Origin: a virus
Lineage: Duplodnaviria > Caudoviricetes
Virus record (IMG/VR): IMGVR_UViG_3300038429_000537
Coordinates: 1-55,824 of that record
Length of the DNA stretch: 55,824 nt
Reading direction: 5' to 3' (one strand)
In this document: one piece after another, positions 19,721-29,284 of the stretch
Numbering within the stretch: the stretch's first letter is position 1
Layout of the letters: the number at the start of each line of letters is the position of its first letter
Program-made: the position numbers and the translations under genes
Notes under the pieces: model-generated
What the model was told of the DNA's origin: nothing
The model's database searches: none
Seen by the model: the letters and a program-made list of their open reading frames with translations, nothing else

Positions 19721-20631
19721 AGATCGTTTTTCTGGGCAACTTTTCGGTTCCTTTTTCCACGGAGTCACACCACCGTTGTACCTGGGAGAAATTAGGGCAC
19801 CAGGTGGTGGCACTGCAGGAGAACCGGGCGACTACGGATGAGGTAGTTAACGCGTGCCACGGTGCTCAGCTTTGCCAGCTAACCCACACCCACGGGTGGT
19901 CAACCCCGGGATCGTTCTCCTGTGAAGAGATGATGCGCCGGATTAAGGACCTGGGCGTCCCCACGATGTCCTACCACTTGGACTACTACCACGGGCTGAG
20001 CACCTGGGACAAGCGAGCGGACCGGGTAGGACAGGCCTGGGACTGGAAGACGGACTACTGGTTCTCGACGGACGGGGCTCACGACGATTGGTTCAAGGAC
20101 CGTGGTGTTAACCATCATTGGCTACCGCCCGGGGTGGTTGAGTATGGTTGTTATGAGGGAAACCGGCAACCGGGCTTGGCGGTCGACGTTGGTTTTGCGG
20201 GAAGCGCGAACTACCATCCGGAATATCCGTTTCGTGGTATAATGGTTGCAGCACTTCAGCGGCACTACGGACCTCGGTTTCGAGTCTTTCAGGGTTACCG
20301 CGAGCAGAACCTCAACAATTTGTACGCGTCGGTAAAGGTGATGGTGGGCGACCACTGTTTCGCCGGGCAACCCAAGTACTGGAGTGATCGTTTACCTGAG
20401 ACCTGTGGGCGGGGCGGATTCATCCTCTATCCGCGAACCGAGGGAATGGCCATTCCCACGGCCACGTACGAGCCGCAAAACGTGGCTGACCTGATTGCGA
20501 AGATTGATTACTACCTAGCCCACGAGACCGAGCGTGAAGAGATTCGGAAGCGCTGCTTTGAGTACGTTAAGGCCCACGATACCTATACTCATCGGTTGCA
20601 AGAGGTTCTTCAGGTGATGGAACTTGCATGA
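19717..20631 (+). CDS. GT-B glycosyltransferase (CgeB/Glyco_trans_1_2-like)
   Basis: DVGFAGS, YWSDRLPETCGRGGF, HDTYTHRL. Confidence 0.85.
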   Translation: MKIVFLGNFSVPFSTESHHRCTWEKLGHQVVALQENRATTDEVVNACHGAQLCQLTHTHGWSTPGSFSCEEMMRRIKDLGVPTMSYHLDYYHGLSTWDKRADRVGQAWDWKTDYWFSTDGAHDDWFKDRGVNHHWLPPGVVEYGCYEGNRQPGLAVDVGFAGSANYHPEYPFRGIMVAALQRHYGPRFRVFQGYREQNLNNLYASVKVMVGDHCFAGQPKYWSDRLPETCGRGGFILYPRTEGMAIPTATYEPQNVADLIAKIDYYLAHETEREEIRKRCFEYVKAHDTYTHRLQEVLQVMELA

Positions 20632-21398
20632 AAATTTCGATTTGTATACCGGTGATGGGGATTTCCAGTGCTAAGGTGCTGTGTAGTGCACTGCACTCGA
20701 TCCTCTTGCAAGAATACAATGACGTGGAGCTCATACTGCAGGACGGTGATCCGGAACGCTCGATCGTAAGTGACTCACACGTTGACCTGCTTCTTAGCTT
20801 GTTTGACTTTAAGTACGCGGTGGGTCGTGACGGAGGCATTTTTGACGCAGTTAATAAATGCCTTCAACAATCGACCGGCAACATTCTGTACTTCATGTGC
20901 TCCGATGATCTCTTGTGCCCAGGGGCTTTAACGGCAGTGAATGCGGCTTTTGAGGCAGAGCGCTTCGGTGGTCCTTATTGGTTATATGGCCAGACGGTTT
21001 CGGCCGACGTTACCGGTAAGACGTTGGGAATTGACGGCGCGCCGACGACCTACGAGCAGCTTCTAGAGCGTAATTGCATCGGAGAGCCCGCGGTGTTCTG
21101 GAACCGGCAGCTGATGGAGCTAGCGGGAAAGTTTGACCTGCGGTACCGTCACGCGGCTGACTACGAGTTGTGGTTGCGATTTTGGGAACGGCGCGAACCG
21201 CTGTTCTTGGAGCAAACGTTGGGAATATTTCGGCACCACGCGGATCAGCATTCTAAAGTGAACGCTGCCGCGCTCGAAGTTGAAGCTAAGAAGATCTCAA
21301 CGCGGCACCAAAATTTTAGCGGTTTGATTGCCCGGGCGCACAACGTTCTCGCGCTACGACGATCTTATCCTGACGGAATTCCGGAGAGTGGGAACTAA
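20628..21398 (+). CDS. GT2 glycosyltransferase
   Basis: KISICIP, QDG, DGGIFDAVN, CSDD, AADYELWLR. Confidence 0.9.
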   Translation: MKISICIPVMGISSAKVLCSALHSILLQEYNDVELILQDGDPERSIVSDSHVDLLLSLFDFKYAVGRDGGIFDAVNKCLQQSTGNILYFMCSDDLLCPGALTAVNAAFEAERFGGPYWLYGQTVSADVTGKTLGIDGAPTTYEQLLERNCIGEPAVFWNRQLMELAGKFDLRYRHAADYELWLRFWERREPLFLEQTLGIFRHHADQHSKVNAAALEVEAKKISTRHQNFSGLIARAHNVLALRRSYPDGIPESGN

Positions 21399-21401
21399 AC
21401 T

Positions 21402-22124
21402 ATGTCGAACACAACCATCAAGATTCAGGACACGCTCAACTGGGTTGCGGCCTTCGTTCAGCAGCGGCCGACGACCGGGGTGGCTGGCATCCCAAACGAA
21501 CCGGGCCTGACCGCGGCCAACAAGGTGATGCAGTCGATCCTCGCGCCGCCGTTCAAGTGGAGCTGGAATCGCAAGGAAGATTCGACCCTCACCTGCACGG
21601 CGGGAACTACCGACTACGCCGTATCTTTAAGCGATTGGGGATTTCTGGAAAAAGCTTACGGAACCTTAGCTTCTAACGACCCGCCGGTGTTCGAGATTGA
21701 AGTAGCCCAAGTACTGTCAAAGGAGTCGAAGGAGAACCGGCCGCAAAAGATCGCACCGATCACCGACGACAACAACGGTACGATCACCTTTCGATTGCTG
21801 CCGGCACCGGATAAGGCCTATGTGATCACCCTGGAGTACCAGAAGGCTGCCATCCTAGCTAGTTCGGTGGGCGCCACTTGGGCACCAATTCCCGACCGGT
21901 ACGCTTTTCTCTACGAGGCGGGACTGCTAGCCTACATGCAAGGAATTTATTCAGCCCAGCTCTACATGGCCAACATGCAGATCTTTTTCCGCCAGTTGGT
22001 AGGAGCGGCCGAAGGATTGACTGCCACGGAGAAGGCTATCTTCCTGGAGGATCAGCTCCGGATCCTTCGGACCCAGTCGAACTCGGCGATGGACGCCGCC
22101 CAAGGGAAGCAGGTGAGGTTATAA
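21402..22124 (+). CDS. head-tail adaptor/neck protein (putative)
   Basis: FKWSWNRK, AGTTDY, RLLPAPDKAY.ITLEYQK pattern typical of podovirus adaptors. Confidence 0.7.
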   Translation: MSNTTIKIQDTLNWVAAFVQQRPTTGVAGIPNEPGLTAANKVMQSILAPPFKWSWNRKEDSTLTCTAGTTDYAVSLSDWGFLEKAYGTLASNDPPVFEIEVAQVLSKESKENRPQKIAPITDDNNGTITFRLLPAPDKAYVITLEYQKAAILASSVGATWAPIPDRYAFLYEAGLLAYMQGIYSAQLYMANMQIFFRQLVGAAEGLTATEKAIFLEDQLRILRTQSNSAMDAAQGKQVRL

Positions 22125-22125
22125 C

Positions 22126-23142
22126 ATGCCTAGTACAACAGGATCTACGCTTACAGCACAAAAGTTGGTTGACTACGCTCGAACGTTCCCGTGGACCACG
22201 CCGGTGGTCGGACTCGCCGGTTACGCGGATCAGCCGGCCGTGTCCTTTCTCGACGAGGTGGTGAAGAAGATCCTCGCTAAGACTAACCCCTGGAAATTTA
22301 ACGCGGCGAAGTTCCCGGTCATTGAAACTTCTCCCTACCAGCAAGATTACCCAACATCGATCAGCCAGAATAACTTAGGCTGGTTGCAGGCAGCAATAAT
22401 CGCGGACATCAACAACACAGCTGTCCCGACGCCAATCCTGCCGATCAACACAGTGAACAGCTTGCTGCCGACGATGATTCCCGGCCGGCCACAGAAGGTC
22501 TCGTGGATTCCCAACGCTATTGCACAGACGGGAGTTTGGGGCCGCGGCCAACCGGCCGATCCCGGGCCGACTACAGCTTACACCAACCCGCTTGTCCTCC
22601 AGGGTGGCGGACCGACACTCAACAAACTGACGGCTATCACGGATCCGAACGGTAACATCCTCGTTGTGACGACTTACGGGATCACGGGTGCTACGGCGCC
22701 CACTTGGCCGGCGGCGAATGCTGCCGCTGGTACGACGGTGCTCGACGGTACGGTCACCTGGACGGTGGTGGACCCGAACGGGGTCGCACTGCGCGTGGAT
22801 TTCTTGGCTACCTACCAGTCGGTGGTGTGGGAGCTGCGGGTACTTTATCAACAGAAGCCACCGAACATCACTACGTTGACCCAGACGATCACGCCGATCC
22901 CGGATGACCTCAACTACTTGGTGAAGCAGGGCTTCTTGGCCTACTGTACCAAGCAAACTGACCGGGCTAAGTTTCCAGCAGAGTTTGCCCAGTGGATGGA
23001 AGACATTCAGATGGCGATGGGCGCGTCCGACCGTGAGTACCAAGAGTTCGGTTTCTACCCGTCGGCGCCGATCACCGGTGGTTCGGGTGAGGGTGGTGGA
23101 GTTGGAACTTGGGGGTACCCAGGGTGGCCGTCGTGGCAATAA
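22126..23142 (+). CDS. second adaptor-like protein with an inserted beta module
   Basis: PWKFN, YQQDY, GRP, YQQKPP, PIPDD pattern parallels 21402..22124; insert ITDPNGN...PTW...DGTVTW. Confidence 0.65.
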   Translation: MPSTTGSTLTAQKLVDYARTFPWTTPVVGLAGYADQPAVSFLDEVVKKILAKTNPWKFNAAKFPVIETSPYQQDYPTSISQNNLGWLQAAIIADINNTAVPTPILPINTVNSLLPTMIPGRPQKVSWIPNAIAQTGVWGRGQPADPGPTTAYTNPLVLQGGGPTLNKLTAITDPNGNILVVTTYGITGATAPTWPAANAAAGTTVLDGTVTWTVVDPNGVALRVDFLATYQSVVWELRVLYQQKPPNITTLTQTITPIPDDLNYLVKQGFLAYCTKQTDRAKFPAEFAQWMEDIQMAMGASDREYQEFGFYPSAPITGGSGEGGGVGTWGYPGWPSWQ

Positions 23143-23867
23143 AAATTACCTGTATTTATTGCCTCTATGATCCGCGTGATCCTCAACAAATTCCTATGTA
23201 TGTAGGAAAGGGCTTGGCTAATCGGGCCCAGTCGCATTGGAAGTATTTCTTGCATACCGGAAAAACTGTAAATCCGCTTCTTTATACCTGGTTTGAGCAA
23301 CTTAAGTTAGAGGGTGTTGAACCTCATTGGAAATTTCTTGAAAAAGAAGTACTAATGAATAGATGGCAAGAAGCTGAAAAACTTTGGATTGGTTTATCTC
23401 GTGTGGTTAATCCTAAGTTATGTAATGTATCTTCTGGTGGAAATGCTTTTCATATTTCACATATTAGAGCCGTTGAACTGGGAAAAAAGTATGGAATGCT
23501 GGGCGGATGTCGTACTCATGAGCATGCGGTAAAAATGGGACAAATAGGTGGTAATCGTTCGAAAGAGTTATACCCTGAAATGGCGCGTCAATGTGGACTT
23601 AATCTAAATTCTCTCGCAGCGTTGGCAAAATCTCGCACACCTGAGCATCAAAAAGAAGCTAGCGACAAAGGTGGATGGGCACTTATGCATAAAAATAATC
23701 CGGGAAAAGCACGTGAGTTAGGACTTAAATATGGTCATCTTAGCCAAGAGTCAGGAAGACATACTCGTTGGCACGTTGCCCGTCATCAATTCAATCCCGA
23801 CTGTTCTCTGTGCCAGGCTAAGTTAAATCTTAAGCTAGATTTTTTCAGCGCCGAGGAGCAGCAGTAA
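23133..23867 (+). CDS. GIY-YIG-like free-standing endonuclease
   Basis: CIYCLYDP...YVGKG..NR...H, conserved E and N; AT-rich DNA; C-terminal HTRWH...NPDCSLC. Confidence 0.75.
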   Translation: MAIKITCIYCLYDPRDPQQIPMYVGKGLANRAQSHWKYFLHTGKTVNPLLYTWFEQLKLEGVEPHWKFLEKEVLMNRWQEAEKLWIGLSRVVNPKLCNVSSGGNAFHISHIRAVELGKKYGMLGGCRTHEHAVKMGQIGGNRSKELYPEMARQCGLNLNSLAALAKSRTPEHQKEASDKGGWALMHKNNPGKARELGLKYGHLSQESGRHTRWHVARHQFNPDCSLCQAKLNLKLDFFSAEEQQ

Positions 23868-24691
23868 TGCTCTCTGTCGTAATTACAAGTTGCCACGACG
23901 ACAAAGCTTGCTACTTAACGGCCTTCGCCGTCGCCTGCCAGCTCGAACAACTAGCGGCGCCGCACGAGATCATCATCGTAGCCGACGGCGGGACGGAAGT
24001 TAAGTGGGAAAATCAAGGCTTTCGCTGCCTCCGCGGTAACTTCGGCTCACCGCAGGCTTCACGCGACGCGGGCATTCGGGTAGCGCGCTACGCTGACGTT
24101 CTCGTCCTGGAGTCGCACGTGGTGGTTGACGACGTACCGAAACTTTTATTGGAGCACCAGTACCTACGCGCAGCCCTAACCTTCTGTTCACGTCGGGCCG
24201 AAGGCCCGGAGATGTTCGACGTCTACGGAGCGACCACGGACTGGGATGGAAGTCTCTGGTACAAGCGGCTGCTGTATGAACCTTGTAGCGATAAGCCGTA
24301 CCGGGTGAGCCAGTTCGGCAACTCGTGTTTCATCGTGAACCGGGAGTGGTACCTGAGTTCGGGCGGGTATACCAACCTGATGACCGGTTGGGGTGGTGAA
24401 GAACCGTTCTTGTGTCTGAAAGCTTGGATGACGGGCCGTGAGTGTTGGCTGGTGCCAACCGTCGCGCACTACCACTACCTCTCACCTGGGGCGCACGGTG
24501 GCGAGATCTTAGGCCAGAGTGAGAGTTACAAGCGAAACTTTCAGATTCTTGGTTACGTTATGGACGGTCGACCGATGCCGAACGTGACGCCGGAAATTAA
24601 AGCCGAGCGGCAAAAAATGTTGGATGGACGTTTTGCCGGAAGCACTGAGCGGTTACGGGCGTACTTTCAACGAGAGGGAGTGGTGAGCTAA
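23867..24691 (+). CDS. GT2-like glycosyltransferase
   Basis: LSVVITS, IVADG, LESH (DxH-like), GGY...GWGGEE, VAHYH. Confidence 0.8.
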   Translation: MLSVVITSCHDDKACYLTAFAVACQLEQLAAPHEIIIVADGGTEVKWENQGFRCLRGNFGSPQASRDAGIRVARYADVLVLESHVVVDDVPKLLLEHQYLRAALTFCSRRAEGPEMFDVYGATTDWDGSLWYKRLLYEPCSDKPYRVSQFGNSCFIVNREWYLSSGGYTNLMTGWGGEEPFLCLKAWMTGRECWLVPTVAHYHYLSPGAHGGEILGQSESYKRNFQILGYVMDGRPMPNVTPEIKAERQKMLDGRFAGSTERLRAYFQREGVVS

Positions 24692-24692
24692 C

Positions 24693-26699
24693 ATGGCGCT
24701 GATAACGATCTCGGGGTACCTGAAGGACAACCAAGGTAACCCGCTAGCTTCGACTGACGTGACGTTTGACCTAGTGAACTACGCCCCGAACCTGCCAACT
24801 GTGTCGGGCACCAACGTCCTCGTGCCGATTTCCACTACTTTGACTACTGACGCTACCGGTTTGTTCAGTGGGTCGATTCAGGGCAACGACACGATCTCAC
24901 CCGCCTCGACGCTGTACCAGGTTTCGTTTGGTTCCAAAGCGATGGCTATCTACAGTTTGATCGGAGCGGGGCCGATCGACCTTGACAGTTATCCGCCGGT
25001 CTCGGTGATCCCGGTTCCCGCCGGTCCGGTTCCGACAAGCATCCTCACGGGCAACAACATCTTCAGTGGGACGAATGCGTTTACTAATAACGATAGTCAT
25101 AGTGGAACAGAGACCTTTACCGGAAACGTAGTTAAGTCTTCTTCCGGGTTGTTTACTCCAGGGTCTATGCACCTTTACTTGGAATCGTTAATAAATAGTG
25201 CCGATCCTTTGACGGAATATCAGTTCTATTCAGGCGCGGCTTGGCAAACTGAAGCTATCACCGGGGCAATTATCGTTCCAAACGGCGCGAGTACGTTTAT
25301 CCAAGGGGTGGGAGTGCAAGGTTACGCGAACAATTTATCTTCTACTGCTCCGGCAATCGGCGTGCAAGGAATGGCACGTTCTGCTGTGAATGGCGCGTCG
25401 GTTCACGGAGGAATTTTTATTGGTTCTGACGGGGGCGCGGGCTTTCCGAATAATAACTATTTTGGCGCTGAAACTTACGTCTTAGCTACTAACACTACCT
25501 CAGCTCCAGTAGCACACATAGTTGGCGGTGCTTTTACCGCTCAACCGACGACGGCTATCGGCATTTACATTTCTCAACCAGCTGCTAATTCTGGTGGCCC
25601 CTATCATTGGACAAAAGGACTTCGTTTTGATGTTGGCGCCACGTTAGCTCCCACGATTGCTAATTTTTCAGCCGGTAAAGCTGGAATAGAGTTTAATCCT
25701 ATTGCTTCTGGGCCAAGTCAACCGTCCCAGGGGATTTGTTTTCTTTCTAACTTTTCTGACAGTACTGGAAATTTAGCGTGTATTGGAGAGTTAGCAACCG
25801 GAAACGTAGACATTTCGACAAGCAGAGCGAATACGGGACTTTCAATCAACGGGGGAACGGGTTTAGTAACTTCAAATCAAACAGGTACGGGCGACATTGT
25901 TCTAGCATATAATCCTACTCTTACCATTCCTGTTTTGGGCGTAGCAACCGGAACGTCATTGAATATTGTTGAAGGTTCTTCTGCAGAGGTTCCTTCTGTT
26001 GTTGCCCCTAATTTTACAATTATTGGTAGTAATGACGGGATGGGCGGAAGCGGCACGGCTAAAATTTATGCTGTTATCGGAGCAACTCACATCGGTTCAG
26101 ACACCGAGGGTGATAAGGCTTACGCTGGATGGTTCAAGGCTGCTGCTTCAAATACTACTAGTGCTGAAATTGCTATCCACGCAGAAACGGCTGACGCAGC
26201 GGGAGTAGCAGGAGAGTTCACCAAAGGTGGAGTAGTTGTCGGTGCTCCATCGAGTGGGAGTAAAGGTACCGGTACGCTTAACGTTCAGACCGCTTACTAT
26301 GCTAACGGAACGATAGGTGTTACTCAAACAGTCGGTACGCCGGCAACCCTAGCGACGATTGGGGGCATCGTTACAACCTTTACTATTACTTCGGATGAAC
26401 GATTGAAAGACCATACATCCTATGAGGGCGGTTTATCCGAGATACTCGCTCTTCATCCTATTCGCTACAAGTGGAATGAACGCGGACAGGAAGTCACCGG
26501 TGATGCTAGTGGCACTGAATATGTGGGCTTTGGGGCACAAGACGCTCAAAAAGCGATACCTGAATCGCAAGTAGGTAAACAAGTGGCAAAAGATGGAACG
26601 GAGTATTTGGGCTTTGACGATAGGCCTATTATTGCAGCGCTAGTCAATGCTGTGAAAGAGCTTAAAGCTGAAATTGAAGAACTCAAAAGGAATAAGTAA
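24693..26699 (+). CDS. tail fibre/spike with a C-terminal intramolecular chaperone (peptidase S74)
   Basis: Gly/Ser/Thr beta-rich body; TSDERLK...PIRYKW...GFGAQD...LVNAVKELKAEIEEL. Confidence 0.88.
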   Translation: MALITISGYLKDNQGNPLASTDVTFDLVNYAPNLPTVSGTNVLVPISTTLTTDATGLFSGSIQGNDTISPASTLYQVSFGSKAMAIYSLIGAGPIDLDSYPPVSVIPVPAGPVPTSILTGNNIFSGTNAFTNNDSHSGTETFTGNVVKSSSGLFTPGSMHLYLESLINSADPLTEYQFYSGAAWQTEAITGAIIVPNGASTFIQGVGVQGYANNLSSTAPAIGVQGMARSAVNGASVHGGIFIGSDGGAGFPNNNYFGAETYVLATNTTSAPVAHIVGGAFTAQPTTAIGIYISQPAANSGGPYHWTKGLRFDVGATLAPTIANFSAGKAGIEFNPIASGPSQPSQGICFLSNFSDSTGNLACIGELATGNVDISTSRANTGLSINGGTGLVTSNQTGTGDIVLAYNPTLTIPVLGVATGTSLNIVEGSSAEVPSVVAPNFTIIGSNDGMGGSGTAKIYAVIGATHIGSDTEGDKAYAGWFKAAASNTTSAEIAIHAETADAAGVAGEFTKGGVVVGAPSSGSKGTGTLNVQTAYYANGTIGVTQTVGTPATLATIGGIVTTFTITSDERLKDHTSYEGGLSEILALHPIRYKWNERGQEVTGDASGTEYVGFGAQDAQKAIPESQVGKQVAKDGTEYLGFDDRPIIAALVNAVKELKAEIEELKRNK

Positions 26700-29284
26700 T
26701 GCTTGATCCGGGTCTTTTAGAGCTCAAAGGTGCACGAGTAGAAACGAAGTACACTACCCTTGCGACCATCAAGTTCCTTAGCGGATTGATGACGCAGCGC
26801 TCACCGTTTGCGGGCATCGACACCCGCTACGGCACTCGGTTTATGGGTGGCCGGCCCGATGCGCTGTTGGCTGGTAGTAACTGTGAGATCTCGAACAAGT
26901 TGACCTTGCAGCGTCGTCCGGGCTTAGTGGCCTACGGTACTTCTTCTATTCCGGCGCCGTTGACCTTTTACGAGTGGCAGTCCGTCAAGCCCTTCGGTTT
27001 GGTGTTGATGGTGGACACGGCCTCGGCGGTTTACAATTACAGTACCACCCATGCTGGCATCTATCTTGACAAGGCCACTTCAGCCGAGCAGACCAACTTC
27101 CTGGACCTAGTGGACACGCTTTACATGTACGATGGGGTCGAGGCGTATAAGATCGTCGGCCCGAACCTGCTGACTTACTCAAATACTTTCACCAACGCCG
27201 CTTGGGCGAAAGCCAACGCGCCGTTGACGGCGGGACAGACTGACCCGCTAGGTGGCACGGCTGCGACCAAGATTTCTTGGGTCTTTGCCAGCAGTCTGTC
27301 AAACGTTCAGCAGGTGGTGACGCCGAACTACACACCGGTGCCGAGCAACACCTTTACGTTCTCCGTCTGGCTGAAGGTAGCTAGCGGGGCGGAGTCGGTA
27401 ACCCTGGAGATCATTGACCAGGTTAACTTCGTTGCGGTTAGTAGCGTAAAGGCACTCACTACCTCCTGGGTTAAGTACCAGGTCACGGGTACGATGAGCT
27501 CCGGTTTGTCAACCTCGGGGCAGCAAAGTTTGACGGTTGTGATTACTACTCCGACGGCAACCACCCCGGTTTACGTGTACGGGGCACAGCTCGAGGTGGG
27601 AGGCCCGGCAACCCCGACCCAGCTCACCACGACCAAGCCGCAGGGCGTTTACCTCACCGGCATCTTGGCCCCGGTTACGGCGCCGACGCTTTCCTTCTCG
27701 TCCGTAGGTAGCGCTTGGGTTCACTCACACGCCTACAGCCTGGGCAATCAAATTATCGACTCGAACGGGAACCTCCAGCAGGTTACTACGCCCGGCACCA
27801 GTGGCGGAACGGCTCCCGTGTGGGCTACGTCGCAAGGATCGACCACAGCCGATGGCGCTACCCTAGTGTGGACGATGCAGGCTCCGAGTGGGTTTCTTAG
27901 TCCGAAGACCGGGTATCAATACTACTACGCGTTTTTGAACAGCGCTACCGGTCAACCGTCGAACGTGTCACCGGTCAGTGCCGCCACTGGACCGTTGCTG
28001 GGACAGAGCATCACGGTGGACGGTGACGGTTCGACCGATCCGCAGGTTGACGAGGTCGCCATTTATCGCAACGTTGACGGGGGCGCGTTCTTCTACCAGT
28101 TAGCTACGGTTACTAACCCGGGCGCCGGCACCTGGACCTACGTTGACACCGTGCAAGACTCGGGGCTGAACACTTCGATCTACGCGCCCGTTGGTTTGTT
28201 GAACACCCCGCCGCCTACCGGGGCGCTTGACCCGGTGTTTCACTCCGGCCGGGTTTGGGTGCACTCAGGTAACAACGTGTACTACTCGGCGGGACCGGAC
28301 AACGCCGTTTCGTTGAACGTCATTCTCAACGCCGTTTCGGCCGAGTCTTGGCCCGCGCTAAACCTCGTGCCGTTCGACGCCCCGGTGGTTCGGAAGCTGT
28401 CGACCGCGGCGGGATTGTTGGTTTGGACGACCTCGGACATTTGGATCGTAACCGGTAGTGACCTGTCGTCTTACAGCCCGACTAAGATTTTCAGCGGCCA
28501 CGGGTTGCGCTCTTGGAACGCGTTGGACGTAGAGGGCAGCAACCTTTACATGTATCTGGCGGACCGTCAATTCTTGATGATCAACCTCAGCACCGGTTCC
28601 CTGGAGATGGGCTTTCCGGTAGGCGACGTCCTCGAGACGACCTTTGACCCCACGGAGGTGTACGTGGCGCGACACATCGCCGGGTCGCAGGACAACGCGA
28701 TCTATTTTGCCGATGGCAGTACGGGGTGGTACCGGGTCAACCCGAACCAGGTAGGCGCGAGCATGTCGGGTGAGCAGACGCCGCTCTGGTCGCCAAAGGC
28801 GACGGTGGCCAACGGTGTTGGCGCGATAGCTTCGGTTGAGACCACTCCCGGGGTGTTTCAACTCCTAGTGGGACAGACGAGTACCGGTGTGGTACTTGTT
28901 CGAGATATCACGGTGTTTGAGGATAATGGGGCGTCCTACACCTGGGATGGCACCATCGGTTGCGTTGTTCTAGCAACGGCGGGCACGCTAGCCGAGACGG
29001 AATCGATCACTACGGAGATGGTGGCCGTCGGTACGACGGCTAAAGTTGAAGTGTTGCTTGACGAGATCAGCGGTACGTTCGAAGAGTTGAAGCAGAAGGT
29101 CAATGACCCACCGCAACTCGTGCCGAGCACTTCGGTTTACTCGAACCGGTTTTATCTCTCGCAGGGGCCGGTGCCACCACTGTGTCGGTACTTGCAAATT
29201 AAACTTAGCGGCGCGGCTAACGACACGAAGGATGAACTGCTAGCCCTTTCGATTCGAGGAGTGCTAGTTCCTGAGCAGGTTTAA
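26699..29284 (+). CDS. tail nozzle/tail tubular protein B-like, with inserted carbohydrate-binding-like domains
   Basis: 861 aa; LQRRPG N-terminal motif, beta-propeller-like repeats, RYLQIKL C-terminus; insert NLLTYSNTF...FSVWLK...YGAQLEVG. Confidence 0.7.
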   Translation: MLDPGLLELKGARVETKYTTLATIKFLSGLMTQRSPFAGIDTRYGTRFMGGRPDALLAGSNCEISNKLTLQRRPGLVAYGTSSIPAPLTFYEWQSVKPFGLVLMVDTASAVYNYSTTHAGIYLDKATSAEQTNFLDLVDTLYMYDGVEAYKIVGPNLLTYSNTFTNAAWAKANAPLTAGQTDPLGGTAATKISWVFASSLSNVQQVVTPNYTPVPSNTFTFSVWLKVASGAESVTLEIIDQVNFVAVSSVKALTTSWVKYQVTGTMSSGLSTSGQQSLTVVITTPTATTPVYVYGAQLEVGGPATPTQLTTTKPQGVYLTGILAPVTAPTLSFSSVGSAWVHSHAYSLGNQIIDSNGNLQQVTTPGTSGGTAPVWATSQGSTTADGATLVWTMQAPSGFLSPKTGYQYYYAFLNSATGQPSNVSPVSAATGPLLGQSITVDGDGSTDPQVDEVAIYRNVDGGAFFYQLATVTNPGAGTWTYVDTVQDSGLNTSIYAPVGLLNTPPPTGALDPVFHSGRVWVHSGNNVYYSAGPDNAVSLNVILNAVSAESWPALNLVPFDAPVVRKLSTAAGLLVWTTSDIWIVTGSDLSSYSPTKIFSGHGLRSWNALDVEGSNLYMYLADRQFLMINLSTGSLEMGFPVGDVLETTFDPTEVYVARHIAGSQDNAIYFADGSTGWYRVNPNQVGASMSGEQTPLWSPKATVANGVGAIASVETTPGVFQLLVGQTSTGVVLVRDITVFEDNGASYTWDGTIGCVVLATAGTLAETESITTEMVAVGTTAKVEVLLDEISGTFEELKQKVNDPPQLVPSTSVYSNRFYLSQGPVPPLCRYLQIKLSGAANDTKDELLALSIRGVLVPEQV

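Noticed and set aside
11227-21398. Cluster as a host O-antigen/capsule locus or a misassembly
   Set aside because: Tightly coupled to phage genes on both sides, no wzx/wzy/ABC export genes, and another GT interleaved further downstream; not formally excluded without read data
22375-23139. 254 aa - strand ORF, and similar antisense ORFs such as 34557..35195 and 5507..6037
   Set aside because: Shadow frames of well-supported GC-rich + strand genes, with no recognisable motifs
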